Of a stretch of DNA of 64,000 nucleotides, positions 1 to 12,829 are shown piece by piece. This DNA is from Callorhinchus milii (taxonomy: Eukaryota): NCBI RefSeq assembly GCF_018977255.1, contig NW_024704742.1:48548001-48612000 (forward strand). Direction: 5' to 3'. Position 1 is the stretch's first letter; each line of letters starts with the position of its first letter. The notes under the pieces were generated by a model, which saw only the letters and a program-made list of their open reading frames with translations, was not told the DNA's origin and ran no database searches. The translations under genes were made by a program, and so were the position numbers.

Positions 1-59
1 GACGAGTTTTGAATATTTATATTTTATACACAAAGTTGTCAGAATGTAGTATGTCGTGT

Positions 60-230
60 CACAAATGACTATTGGAGTGAAGCTTATAACAGCATATAAA
101 AGAGGAACTGGAGAAATATTATTAACAGTTACGGAGAAAGAGCAAGGGAAATGGCATTGTGATAGGGAATGGGAATGAGGTCCAGCATCAGCACAAACAA
201 GGTGGGCTGACTAGGCTGCAAATGTTCTCT
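60..230 (+). mobile_element. Decayed CR1 LINE 3' end
   Basis: Resembles the end of CR1 ORF2/3' UTR (ggagaaagagcagggaa...gtgggctgactaggc); similar to the CR1 ends at 35500-35990 and 43730-43870. Confidence 0.5.
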
Positions 231-419
231 GAAGTGTCATATCTGGTGCTTGACAGTGGTACCAGGTCAGTGATGGGCACAGCCTTCGACATGTGACCAA
301 CATTAGGATGAACAGAGCAAAGCACTTTAAAAAAACGTAAATTGTGTTTTTATTTAGTAGTTCACAGTGAGAATTACAGCAGGTAAGAAGTTACAGCTGT
401 AATATTAAAGGGGTCTTAC

Positions 420-476
420 GTACAGAGTGATCAGCCCACGGAGGTATGGGTTTGTGAAGACTTGCCTAGAGCAGAC
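420..476 (-). other. Candidate 57-nt internal exon of an unidentified minus-strand transcript
   Basis: Minus strand reads ttgtcattttgtctcag|GTC...TAC|gtaaga. Length is a multiple of 3 and one frame is open (VCSRQVFTNPYLRGLITLY); the peptide is not recognised. Confidence 0.2.
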
Positions 477-1150
477 CTGAGACAAAATGACAACTCCATT
501 TCACAGTTCGCAAAAATTTTCCATCCTTGCTAAGGTCCTATTAACAGCTAAGAGACAATTTACAAGATCAAGGTTTTTAAATTAAGTTGTAACAGGTATT
601 TACTAAGAGTTTCATGAACAATTTCATGTATAACTTTCCTTGTACAGTCCTACTAGTCAGGAACCTATTGTTCCATGTATCTGAAGGAAGCAATTCCTAG
701 TCGCAGGGTTTGGTCCTTTGCTGTAAAACCATCAAGTAAACAGGTTTTGATGAAATCAATAAATGTGTCAGTTGTATTCAAGCTTGGCAATAATCGATTT
801 GGTTTCTTAGTAAGCATTACAATTTCAGTGATAAATACAGCAACAAAATATATTACCTTTGCCACCGGTGATTTATTTAAATCTATTTGTTCACAGAAAC
901 AATAATTTGATCGTAGCAACATTTTATATTTATGCTTCAGTTTCCTTATTCTCTACTACTCAATTAATGGGTTGTCAAACTGTGACGGCATTAGAAATTC
1001 ATGGATTTTTTTAAAAAACATTCCTTAGCTGAATTTGCTGCCTTACTTTGCCTGTCCTGGTCTGCAATGATTCCTTTTAGACACTTTTGGTATTGTTTGG
1101 TATCAGTTTGTGTTCTCTCTTGTTAGTTTTTTCCCAATTTCTCAATCAAC

Positions 1151-1502
1151 GTAGCTCAGTGGTTAGAGCAACTCGCCTCGCAAACGAGAGACATGGGTTC
1201 GATTCCTAGCAGGGTGAAATGTTTGGCAAGTTTCCTTACTCTACACGCCTCTGTTTACCTAGTAGTAAGTAGGAACCCGGTTGTTAGTCGATTGACGGAT
1301 TGCTTTTCCGGGGGTAATAATTCCTTCCACAAAAAAATAATAATAAATTGGTCACTCAATCCACGACTGTACGCAATTAGCTGCCATGTTTCGCCCACAA
1401 AATATATAGTCAATTCACTTTACAGTATATTCTGTGAAGCGCTTTGAGACATCGCAAAGATATGATAAGGCGCTATATCAAATGCAAGGATTATCATTAT
1501 TA
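1151..1502 (+). mobile_element. tRNA-derived SINE, long form (SINE2-1_CM-like)
   Basis: A box (tagctcagtgg), B box (ggttcgattcc), body, L2-like stem-loop tail and (TTA)n end; at least 8 related near-full copies in the window. Confidence 0.85.
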
Positions 1503-1749
1503 ACAGTCCCCAGATTAAAATTGTTCGTTCATTTTGCACCTGTTTTGCTGCGTTTGCCTACAAAATACAAAGGCATTACATTTAAAATTACTATAAAATG
1601 CCCCCTGACACGAATGGTACTATATCAAATGTAAGGAGTATTAATGATAATTTTTTTCCAATCAATTTTCTTCCCTTACTTCATCATTTGCTTCAGGTGT
1701 CAAAGTGGAGTACAATCCCAAAATTTACAGACCATTGGCACATGGCACA

Positions 1750-2130
1750 TGCTTAATCAGCCAGTCCACTGCAAAGAGCCTCTTTTTCCCTCTCGAGAAC
1801 ATTGCCCATTTACACACTTACTTCACCCGTTCTGCTGTTGGAATCTTTGTTCAATTCTCTGTCATCGAGATATACTGCTCCACTCCCTGACCCACTTTCC
1901 TGATTATATCATCCATAAGCACCAACTCATAACAAACCTCTGAAGCCGGTATGATCTCCACACGCCCATTACTACCAGCACTGAATCAGGACCCACACAT
2001 TGAGGAAGCTGGGCGACACTTTCTTCACAGGGTCTCCAGCTAAGAATTAGTTTCTATTAAAAAGCAGACACTTCCAACACAGCTAATACTGGAGAACTCA
2101 CCTGCGCCACCTAGTACTTGAGAGCTCAGC
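1750..2130 (+). mobile_element. Highly decayed L2 ORF2 fragment
   Basis: Alignable by eye to the 28700-28900 L2 segment (gaacattgccc..ttacttcacc..ctttgttc..cataagcaccaactcat..aacctctgaagcc). Confidence 0.55.
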
Positions 2131-2829
2131 AAGAGAAGTGACTCCAAATATACGTCTCTATATGTACTACGACACAACTGGGATGTTAGAGGTACTGGTT
2201 GAGAAACAGACCGCACTGAGAGTCTTTATGTTGTGTTGGGTTGTGTCACTTGCGCTAGCCAACGCAAACATACTATCGTGAAATATACTCAATGATAGGC
2301 GCAACTCCTCTCTTATACCTAGTATCTCATATCTGCAAAACACTCTCTTAACTCACACTTTTTGAACAGTGCAGGTAATTGTGCCCGGTTCTCAATTTGC
2401 CTCTCAGTTTCCAAGAGCCCATTTATGTCTCAGGGATCAACAGTTTACAACAAGTGCAGCATTTTGTATCTTACAAACATAAAATTCATTGCGGCATTTT
2501 TCTCAGGAAAAGGCATGAATAGATGAATGGCCCACGGGACATCAGGTGTTTAAAAAAAATGTCAGGAACTTCAGAACTCTGAATGCCTAGAGTCAGATAC
2601 CACCACTACCAACCCCTGCATACACACACACAAAGAATGAATTCAAAGCACCATTTAATCACCACAGATATTTAAAGGGACAAACCACCTAGAAGGATAA
2701 GTAAATGACTGAGTACGTAAACAAAAATAGCAGCAGCACTAAGACAATGTGAGACTATGGGGAATGTCCAAAAAATGTCCAATTTTGATTGAACCATAGT
2801 AATAATTTGGAAATCTCCAAGAAAATGTT

Positions 2830-3010
2830 TCAGGAACCGTTGCTCAATTGCAAACTCCCTGCTTGAGGACCTCCCCAACTCCTCCCTCAGTAGGTTGCAG
2901 ATCATCCAGAACTCTGCAGCCCATGTCCTCTCCCGCACTAGACTCTGCAACCTTATTACGCCCCCCCATCCATGCCCGACTCCACTGGCTTCCCATCACG
3001 CAGAGGATAC
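2830..3010 (+). mobile_element. L2 ORF2 fragment
   Basis: Encodes LQIIQNSAAHVLSRT and IHARLHWLPITQRIQF, matching the L2 at 28850-28970. Confidence 0.8.
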
Positions 3011-3840
3011 AGTTCGGGGAAAAGGGGAGAAAAAGGAAGAGAAAGATACGTTATCGGAATAAAACCACTAGAGATGTGGCATGGATAAATATTCTGGAGA
3101 TAATCTTTAATTACTTTTAGGGATTAGAGGGGATCCCACAGGGAATATGATTGGAAGGAGTCCATAATGTTTTTTTTTTGTGTGTCTGTTAAAAGCAGAT
3201 TTGATGGGCTTCCAAGTTCTTGCCTCAAATTTTCAAGTATTATTGTGAAAATTGTAGCCAGTATTATTGATGGACCTTTATTTTAATTTACCACCCTAAC
3301 ACACCACAATGCAGATCTGTGCCTGTAATTCCTCACACAGTGATTTCAAGATCTCAGCCTCACCACCTTTCATGTCTATGTATTGTGTATGTCAATATCT
3401 TTGGTAAGGGATGATCTCTAAAAGAAGGCAATCTATCTTCTATATGGTTTTCCTCATTCTTCAAAGTCCTTTATCCTTCACAACACCCAACCTCGAGGAA
3501 AATCACTGACAGAGCTCCTCTCTGAAGCTTTATACTTTGAAGACTTGAGTCTTGCAAATTTTCCTTGATTCCATGTTTGAATCAATGTCACCCCTGCACA
3601 CCAGACTTCAGTGTCTAGACTACAGTACAGGGTTTTGTTACAAAACAAAGCATATATATTATCCCAACTAAATTTGACAGTCCACGTTCACTGCTTTGTA
3701 AAGGTTTGAAAGTCTATTCTATGTGGCCTTCCTACCAACATAGTAATTAGAAGCTCTCATGGCATTAGCCTGTCACCAGACAAACAAACCCAAAAACTGA
3801 CCAAGGCTTGAAATCCTTCACTTTACCTCACTGTTGCTGT

Positions 3841-4250
3841 AATAAATAATAATAATAATCCTTGCCATTGGTACAGCGCCTTATTATGTCAGAAAGACAT
3901 CTCAAAGCGGTTCACAGGATTTACTGTGAAATGGAGTCACTGTGTATTTGTTGGCGAATGCGGCAGCTCAATTGCACAAATGTCCCACAAACAGGCATGA
4001 AAAGAATGACCAACTTTTATTTGGGAGATTTTTGGCCAGGACACCAGGAGAAACTGCATTCACTTTTCGAATAGTGCCATGGGATCTTTAACGTCCACCA
4101 AAACAGGCAGACAGGACCTCGGTTTAACATCTCATCCGAAGGACATCACCTCTATATCAATACAGCACCACATTGGAGTGTCAGCCTAGACCATATGAGT
4201 TCAAGTCGTGACTCATGTGGACTTAAATCTGCTCAGTAAGAGAGGGGCCA
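3841..4250 (-). mobile_element. Deu-domain SINE (SacSINE1-like) with L2-type tail
   Basis: Reverse complement contains the Deu core gatgttaaaccgaggtcctgtctgcc..gtggacgttaaagatcccatggcactattcgaaaag..tctcctggtgtcctggccaa, plus a (TTA)n tail. Confidence 0.8.
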
Positions 4251-4492
4251 CTGGTTCAGACAGCACAGTTACTCAGAAGATCATAATTTGTACATTGGTA
4301 GGAAGAATCTCCTAAAAATGGGAATAATTGTAAGGGATTTTTACGATGAGATACATATTCCTCTGTGTGAAAGTCACTAAACTCTAGTTATTATTATTAG
4401 AAATATAATAAGTTTTTGTAGGAAATTCACACAACTTCAAAAGTGAACAGCACATTGACCTGGCAATATGAACCCTATGGCACTGCCATGCA

Positions 4493-4744
4493 TACCTATA
4501 AGGAGTAGTATCAATATTCTGCCATGCAGCATCAAGCTTTTTGGCAGACAGCCTATAATAGTTGAACTATTCTACTGCAGTTGAACTGCAGTTCTCTTTC
4601 CCCCAGTTTAAGGTGAAGTTGAGCCAGTGGGGTTCTTCTTGCCATCCATTTGCATTGCCCATGTCGCCAAACTCGCCGTGACACATTCAACTGCAGTTAA
4701 TATGACTGATAACGGTTAGAATTTGTCTACTGCTCCTTACGGTA
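4493..4744. mobile_element. Decayed palindromic non-autonomous DNA transposon (possibly Tc1/pogo type)
   Basis: Imperfect terminal inverted repeats tacctataaggagtagtatc / gtctactgctccttacggta, inner inverted actgcagttgaa / ttcaactgcagt, and TA at both ends. Confidence 0.45.
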
Positions 4745-6695
4745 GAAACATTAATAATATACGGTTTATAAAATTCACATCAGAAAAGTTTTGAGGACGA
4801 CACCTACTGTACACCAATTAGAAATGAGAGTTTTGGGACATCCTCCCAACATGAAAGGTGCTACATAAACATAAATTGTATAATTGTAACTGTAGGCCAG
4901 TTACCATAGAGCTCGTAACAATCCCAATTTATTGTGTTTAGAATCTCTCCTTTTCTTTTCCCGCTTTTCCATGATACATCGCGACCTTGAAATGGGGCTA
5001 CTGGAATTGGGATTATTCCCATAGGCTGTACATTGAAATCCAGCTAAATGCCTGAAACCAAACTACTCTATAAATATCCCAAATCCATACAATCCACATC
5101 CCACATCAGGCAATGCCACAAAATGTCTAATGCCGGATCACCCCAAAAGTGAAGCCCTGAAAATAAACTGAGAATGACTGCTGTGTTCATACATACATGT
5201 GCTGTGTGGCCGGTGGAATGCCCCTGGGTATCGTCTGCCCATAGTGACCAGTCAGTACATCGCAGAGTCTTATAAGCAGTTGACAAAGCACTGCTCAGGG
5301 AAATTCCAAAACGCAGCTCTGGAAAACACAAAACAAATTTTAAAATTTACAGCAATCATTCGGCTTCCACTGCTCAAATATTAATGGATACTGCAAAACC
5401 GGGGACACATAAAGCCACACAAAATTAGCTTCGGCATATTGAGCAGTCACTCAAATGCACCTGATCACAGATACTGTATCGGTGCTTATGATACCTATTA
5501 TTACCAGGCTGGCAATGTTAGCAGATTCTGTATCAGAGTTTCCAAGAAACCTTTCAGTGTTGTACGTGGATTGAATTTAACTTCAAACTCATGCATTTCT
5601 CCAATAGCAATAAAAAGGAGAACTGACACTTTGTTACATGGAGCAGTCATTTCAGAATTACAGTAATGCCGTTGTAAATCAAGAACAACAGGCAATATAT
5701 GATATCCATGCTACCAATATGCAGTGTCCAAAGTACCCACAATGAGCCACAAATAGCAATTTGTTAAGTATATATATGTGAATATATTAAGTAATGGAAT
5801 TTTCTCCTTCTGACTTATTACAACAACTTGCATTTATATAATGCCAGGTATTATTACAGTAAAGCGTCCATATTGTATGCACATTGCAATGCGCTTTCAG
5901 TCGCGAAGAATAATATGGTTATAGCAAATGGGCAGCAGCATGAGTAAAGGCCAGTAGGATTCCTTTATAAGGAATCTCAGTCACGCAAATGAGAACGAGG
6001 TACATAATTTCAAACTGTGGGAACATCACTCCAGTGCAATCTACATCTGGAGTGGAGTTCCTTGAATCAGCAAGAATTCTGTTAAGAAATGCTTGAAATT
6101 AGGGCCCCTTGCATTCATTGCTATGTACACTTTTTTTGTTAGTGTGGTTTACTGACTGAATTTTGGTTGCATTAAAAATGTTTTCAGTTCAGTAGATTGC
6201 ATTTCACATGATGACCTGACATCTGCACTGTTTTCATATCCACAATTAGTCCCAATCCACAGTTGAATTAGTGGACATACCTGGATCTCTACCATGCAGC
6301 ACCACAGTAATTACAACAAGAAGAACAAAATTACATTTGTATAGCGCCTTTCACGGGACGTCCCAAGGCACTGTTAAATATTCTGAAGCCAAGCAAAAAT
6401 GCACCATCAACAGTATGAACTATGCAATAAACAATTTTCAAAGGAACTGATGCTTCAATCTGATGTTCATGGTGCTTCCTGTGCATAGTGTGCAGGGAAG
6501 TGACATCACCAGCGATCTGATGACCAGAAGGTGGCTATTTTTAGTACAGGGAGCCTGTTCGTAAGCACCAGAGGCCGGGTGTATAGAGTAGACTCTAAGC
6601 ATGCCCCGAATGCATTCCAACAAAGTCGCCTTGCAGTACAACTTCACATCAATGCCTGGCTGATACTTCAACTTACAGATAAAGTATCTGCAACT

Positions 6696-6954
6696 TAATA
6701 ATAATAATCCTTGCATTTGATATAGGCCCCTTACCACTTCAGTGAGACTTCCCAAAGTGCTTCACAAGATATATGGTAAAGTGGATTGACTGTGTATTTT
6801 GTGAGAGAAAAATTGCCGTGTTTCTCGATACAGGGTGTCCCACAAACAGTCATGGAATGAGAGAACAATTTTTTTTGAGGGATTATTACACCCAGAAAGT
6901 GATCCGCTAATCGAGCTGCAGCCGGGTTCCTACTTGCTGCTTGATAAACAGGGC
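6696..6954 (-). mobile_element. tRNA-derived SINE, long form, 5'-truncated
   Basis: (TAA)n-ccttgcatttgatatag tail and gggttcctacttgctgc body matching the 1151-1502 copy. Confidence 0.75.
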
Positions 6955-7884
6955 TTAATTCACAGCTAGAGACCAAACAGTGACACCATACAGTGCAAAT
7001 TCATTGCTGGGCTCCATGTCCAGCACTTTCTGTTGGCTGTTGTCTCCATTCATTAACTCTTCATTGAAATTGTGCCGCACAGAGAGCTCTGGTTCAATTC
7101 TGCAATGTTTTGGAAATCTGCCTCAGTTTCATTTGTTTCCTTAATGGGACATTGTAGAAGTGCCATCAATTTGATTCGAGCAGGGATTGTTCAGACAATT
7201 AATGACTGTAAAGGATGTCATCCCCAGCCTATAAACGGGTTAGTTAATTACAACAGGTTCAATTAACAGCAAAATGCACCAACATGCAAATTTCTGGCAG
7301 CAAGGCGCCAGTAATTTAGTTAGCTATATTGAGAGTGCAAAGCAGTTTCATTTTTGGGCCATGAGTCAATATAAATAGCAGCTATAACTCTCCCCACTCC
7401 TTCATCCACTACTTCGCAGAGGCAGCTAATTAGCTGCAATGTGCCGTCAAACCATCTACAATTCTCCACTGCAATGAAAATATTCTGCATTGCCTCACCC
7501 AGTGTACGCTTTTAATATGCGCATCAGGCCATACACCAGACTACCTTTAGCTGTGAATTAATCCACAGGTGAACCTGGGACACAAACTGACTTCCTCCGA
7601 TGTATGGCTGCTGAGCTGGGTAATTCCCCGCAGTAACAGTCCTGACAATGAAGCCACAGACAACTTAAGCTTTGTGTACTGTAAGTTTATGAAGGTCATC
7701 TCCATCGCACTGTAATTATCTTACAGGTTTGTTCTATAATAAGTTTTATCAAGCACCAGTCCATGGAAAATCTTCCTTCCCTCGCCTCACATTTTTTGGT
7801 TAAATTATTCTCAAGAGAGCCTTTATATCTAGAAATAAGTCCTGGAATCAAAAACAGTCTTGAACCTACAGGATTAGTGACAGC

Positions 7885-8605
7885 CAGGGGCTCTCCTGAT
7901 GGCTCAATGAGCAGCTGAGCCAGAGAGGTTCCTAGTTTGAGCCCTGGTCTGTGCCGAGTTTGACGATTTCAGCCCAGCAGCACGAGTGGTGCTAAACAAC
8001 AAATTAATAATAATAATAATCCTTGCATTTGATATAGCGCTTTTCTCATCTTCTTGATGTCTCAAAGCGCTTCACAGAATAGATTGTAAAGTGAATTGAC
8101 TGTATATTTGTGGGCGAAACGCAGCAGCAAATTGTGCACAGCAGTGTCCCACAAACAGTCGTGGATTGAAGTGACCAATTTTCTTCTTTTTTTTTCTTCA
8201 GGGATTATTATCAGACGTGTGGAATAAGGAAACTTGCCCAAGGTTTCGCCCTGCCGGGAATCGAACCCAGGTCTCTCGCTTGCAAAGCGAGTGCTCTAAC
8301 TACTGAGCTACAGGACATTTGTATAACGCCTTTCACGTCTGGAACATCAACCAGAGTTCCCTCTCACAATCACTATTGATAGCCCTTCACTGGAGGGTGG
8401 AGTGTGCCCTGAGCCATCGAGTGGAATGGAATCGGGAGCAGGATTGAGAGCGGGTGGGATCAGGAGCAGGATTGAGAGCGGGTGGGATCAGGAGTGGGAT
8501 CAGGTGTAGCTGGGTTGCTGCTGTGATTGTATAATCTCCTGCTACTCATCCCCGAGGATCATACATGAATTACAGGTCACGCAAACGAGATTCCAGAGGG
8601 AGACC
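7885..8605 (+). mobile_element. Ancient tRNA-SINE (AmnSINE2-like), interrupted by an L2 tail and a young SINE
   Basis: ccctggtctgtgccgagtttgacgatttcagcc...atcaaccagagttccctctc; colinear with the copy at 41640-42620. Family name is from memory. Confidence 0.5.
8005..8316 (-). mobile_element. Young tRNA(Ala-like)-derived SINE, short form
   Basis: Intact A/B boxes, TGC anticodon-like loop (ctttgcaag), L2-type tail with (TTA)n. Confidence 0.9.
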
Positions 8606-9354
8606 AAACCTGCGCATCCTCTTCCCGGAGGGACCCATCCTGCTGGAGTTTAACCAGTTAAAAACGCACAGGAGGGAAACAAAGGAGATAAATCAACATC
8701 TGCAGGGGAGAAACTAGTTACAACAGCCTAAAAATGATCGGTGTCCAACACTCAGTGAAAAGAAGTCAACATCCCACTGCGGAGCAGACTTCAATTGTCT
8801 CCTGAAAAAAATTATGGTATTATTTGTGCCCATGCTGCCTTTCCACAACAGCAGCACGGTGGCAGCTTTGCTGCCTCTGGAAGTGCTTTTACACAGTGGG
8901 TCCCGAGGGCTGGTTTCCTCAGTATCCCTCGGAAACAGTAGCAAAGACAAATGGTTCCTGGGGAAGGACACAGGCTGTCATTTATTCTGGTTGCCAGCAG
9001 ACTGAGTGCTTGACCTGCCTGTAGAGCCCAGTGGTGCAGTCTCCTCAATTGCTGATCTTCCCCAGCAAGTTGGTGAAGATACAGGAGTCAGAAAATAGTT
9101 ACAAACATCAAGTTAAATATAAGACTGCCAGCGCAAGCTTGCTTACACATGCATATGTTCCTCGTTACTGTGGAATCTGCCCAACTATATAAATGGGGTT
9201 CATCCCTCAGCATCATCAGTCTGAGGATATAACACACCCACTTCTGCTTGAGGCAGTTCAGTAACACCTGCTCTGTTTACACTGGAACCTCCTGCAGAGC
9301 CACTTCAAACAGGCATTCAGCTTGCTGCCTGCTAACATTGCTGCCGCCCCCAGA

Positions 9355-9720
9355 GGCAACAACAACTTGCATCTATATAGCGCCCTTCATGTTAGGTAAT
9401 GTCTCAGAACACTCCACGGGGACACGACTAGACAGTGAGCAAGGGAGAGCGGAGGGAGAGGAGGAACAACAACAACAAAATTACATTTATAGAGCGCCTT
9501 TCACGTCGGGAGGATGTCCCAAAGCGCTGAACAGTCAGGTGTCAGGGCCCGAACATGGGGGAGGGGTGGGGTAGGGGTGAGGGTAGGTAGAGAGGTGGGA
9601 GGGTGACCAAAGGCACGATCGAAGAGGAGGGTCTTGTGTCCGGCCTTGAAGGAGGCAAGGGAGGAAGCAAGGCGAAGGGACCGTGGGATGGAGTTCCAGA
9701 GTGTAGGGGCAGAGAGACTG
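9355..9720 (-). mobile_element. Two stacked L2 3' ends
   Basis: Two (CAA)n tails with stem-loop (tttcacgtcgggaggatgtccc); reverse translation includes WNSIPRSLRLASSLASFKAG. Confidence 0.8.
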
Positions 9721-9999
9721 AAAGAGAGGAAGGGGAGAAGGAGATGATCAATGCTTTTGGGGAATCACAGGTAGCAATGACAATTGGCCTCAATCAATGA
9801 AAGTGCAGTATTTCAGCATTCCAAGATGCTACCCCGCGTTGTAATATAAATATGGCATTAAACCAGTATGGCATTCGGTAGTGACTGAAGTCATACGTTT
9901 TTAAAGAACATTGGCTCTGTCAGGCATTGAAGATCAAAAGAATAAAGCTCCCAATACTTCCAAGATGTTAATCAGATTAACTTTTTTGAGCCAGCCATG

Positions 10000-10480
10000 T
10001 ATCTGACCACATGGAAACTCATCATCGTGCTTAAGAGTACCCAAACTACACTAAGAGTTTCATGCATGTCACCCATGTGAAAATTCCCATGTTTGGAATG
10101 GAATGCACATCCTCTCCCCAGAGGAACAGATCCTGCTGGAGTTTAACCAGTTAAAAACACATAGTTTCCCATGTCCATCTTAGACCATCATACCTGTTAT
10201 GGCTTTAGCTTGCAGGGTTAAGAGGAGCGGAGTGTGAAGAATCCCTGTACCCCATGTATGCCCCACAAAATCCGACTGATGAGCCATGTTTGCTCATCTG
10301 CCATCAGCAGTGCCCTGGAATACTGTGCACCCTCAGGAACCAGACTACTGAGACCACAACAGAGGATCAACTGGATTCTGACATTATGTTGGAAAACATG
10401 TCACCTTGTAGCCAGTTCCGCTACAAGGAGAACCCCCCAACCCCCCACCGGGAGGATACTCACATTAATTCAGTAACTCA
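10000..10480 (+). repeat. Unclassified interspersed repeat (family X)
   Basis: Shares catcatcgtgcttaagagt..ttggaatggaatgcacatcctct..gcttgcagggttaa..catcagcagtgccctgga with 62150-62630 (minus), 15215-15340 and 8610-8670. Confidence 0.6.
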
Positions 10481-12507
10481 TATCAATAATTAAATAAGTA
10501 GTAATAATAATAATAATTACTTTCATTTATATAATGCTTTTCACACAAGTATCCCAAAGATATAAACATAATCCAAATCAGAAATGCTGAATTTGGCTAG
10601 ATTTCTCTAGATTACAGCTGATGACTTTGGGACCATTATATTTATAGGAATATTGTACTGTGAAGAGATAAACAAGGCAACAAGGTGAAATACAGTAAAC
10701 TGTCCTTTAAATGACAGTTTAGATAATTTTACGCTTCACTCTTCCCCTCTTCCATTGTTCTTGAAATATGACAAAGCACTTCACAAGTCATCCCCTCACT
10801 CACATATTGCAAATAGAGAACAGTGCAAACAATAACTTACACTGAAATAACAAGCATAGAACCAGGCAGCATTTTATTGACTAGCGCAGTCTGCAAAACA
10901 GAGATTACAGCAATTCATCACATTCACGAGGGAACGTCGCCTCAAGAGGTTTGCTTAATTTACAAGAAAATGATAACGGTTGTCAGAATGAAGTTTCCCT
11001 GAGTCATTTTTTTGCAACACTATCAAATATTGAAAAAAAATACAATGTACTGCATCTGTGCTCTGTACTGCCCTGTACATAAATAGCTAAAGCCACGAGC
11101 TAATAGGCGTGCTAGCAACCTGAGCACTTTACTGACTCCTTGAGCTTCAATTATGCATATTGTGCAGACACCGTCTTTCGATCATTCTTGAATTCCTTTG
11201 TAAATCGTGCTACACCATTTGCTTGTCTGTCGATCAACAGGCATGGTTACCCCTTAGATACTTGAGAGTGTCGTGAATATCCTACGTGAGTGCAGGTTCC
11301 TCACTGTGAGCTACTTCACTGAGCATCTCAAGCGCACACAGGAACCAAAATTGCAAAGTACAGACTAACCTTTTGTTACTGGCCACCAACCTCCAAATAT
11401 AGTAATCTAACCAAGGCCTTCCTGACTTTGACTTTAACTTGCCTTCCTCCAACTCCTTTCACTCTCCAAAAATAAGGAAACAAATAACTGATAATCTCTT
11501 AGACGTGTTAGATCAAGGATGGATTAGTGCCAAAGAAATCTGATCTTTCATTGATAACACAACTTCTAAAAGAATGGTAACCAGCTATTCATTCACAATA
11601 ATAGATGTGCCCTACAAGTCTTAACAAAGGGAACATACTACGGATCTGATAGATCGTACTTAAGCAAAACTGATATAGAATTTGGGCAAGGCACTTACCT
11701 ACCAATTGTAACCAAGAATTGTTCAGATGCAATGGAGCAGCAGAAGAAATAAAGGTCAGAATGTGCACTCAAAATATTGTACTTCAGTCCTGCAAATGTA
11801 TCACTGATGTAACACAGCAACTCACAAAAGCTCTTGCATATTAACCTCAGGGCAACCAGCGCGGCTGCAGAATAAAACTGAAGGAGAAGCCATAAATTCA
11901 GGCTCGTCGTCTCAAGCTAAATGTCATGGATGGCCCGCATCCCATCTGTTATGCCTTTCAACTCTTCCCTCCCTCTGTCCCCGCTTTCCAAACATGTAAC
12001 ACAATGACCGACAGTCCTGTCAGAAAATTAATTACAATTTTTCACTAAACCAGCAGAGGAGGAAAAAATACATGTCTTTACTCCAGAGACTGCAGAGAAT
12101 TGTAACATGTCTCCCATCACATCTGTGTTCATTTCACACCACTGCTCTTCCCCCCCCACCCACCCCATCCCTTCTCTTCTTTTTCATTGTTCAACACATT
12201 ACGGGCTGCAAAGTCTGAACCTAACCTCACGTGTTCTGAATTCTGGATAAAAACTACTACTGTTGCAGGCAATGGTGAAATAATGAGTTTCAATTGTAGG
12301 TTACTTTGTGCTGTTTGTACGCTCTGCATTCCGTCGTCTCCATAAGCAACATTTTGAGGGGGATACCAGGGTACAACCATTTACAAACCCAGCTGGAAGA
12401 GTGACATTAGTGCATTCTACTCTGCATTGGCAAATCCAAGTTTAAAGCAGTTTCCAAAAGCAAATCAATTAGAGGCCTGAAACCCCATCTTGTCTAAAAA
12501 AATCAAC

Positions 12508-12620
12508 ACAGAAATTGTGGAGAATTCTTAAATTCTAACTTTTCTTTTGGACATGGTTCCCAAATTAAGACTGAATTGAAGAATTTTCCACAATTCTGCA
12601 TGATCTTAAATTTCAACACA
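12508..12620. mobile_element. AT-rich fold-back MITE family copy (internally deleted)
   Basis: Inverted arms cagaaattgtggagaattcttaaattc / gaattgaagaattttccacaattctg. Confidence 0.55.
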
Positions 12621-12829
12621 AAATGTCCATACATGCTAAAACTCAGTGGAATTTTATGCATTAAATCTTGTACTGGGACATTTAGCAACGTGATCTAAAG
12701 AACAAAAACACTGGAAAACACCACCATAAAGTGTGTCAAAACACATTCTCCACAAAAACTGTTGCCTTGCAGATGTTTTAAGAACGTGCTGCAGCTCTGC
12801 TCTCAAATACCTGTTTTCAAATGTCAGGA

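Noticed and set aside
1816..1960. Minus-strand GTAAGT donor with upstream ORF (MDDIIRKVG...)
   Set aside because: Lies antisense within a decayed L2 fragment.
10270..10330. Second hammerhead candidate (CUGAUGAG followed by a hairpin)
   Set aside because: No GAAA box after helix II. The other CTGATGA/TCATCAG occurrences I checked also lack the required stems.
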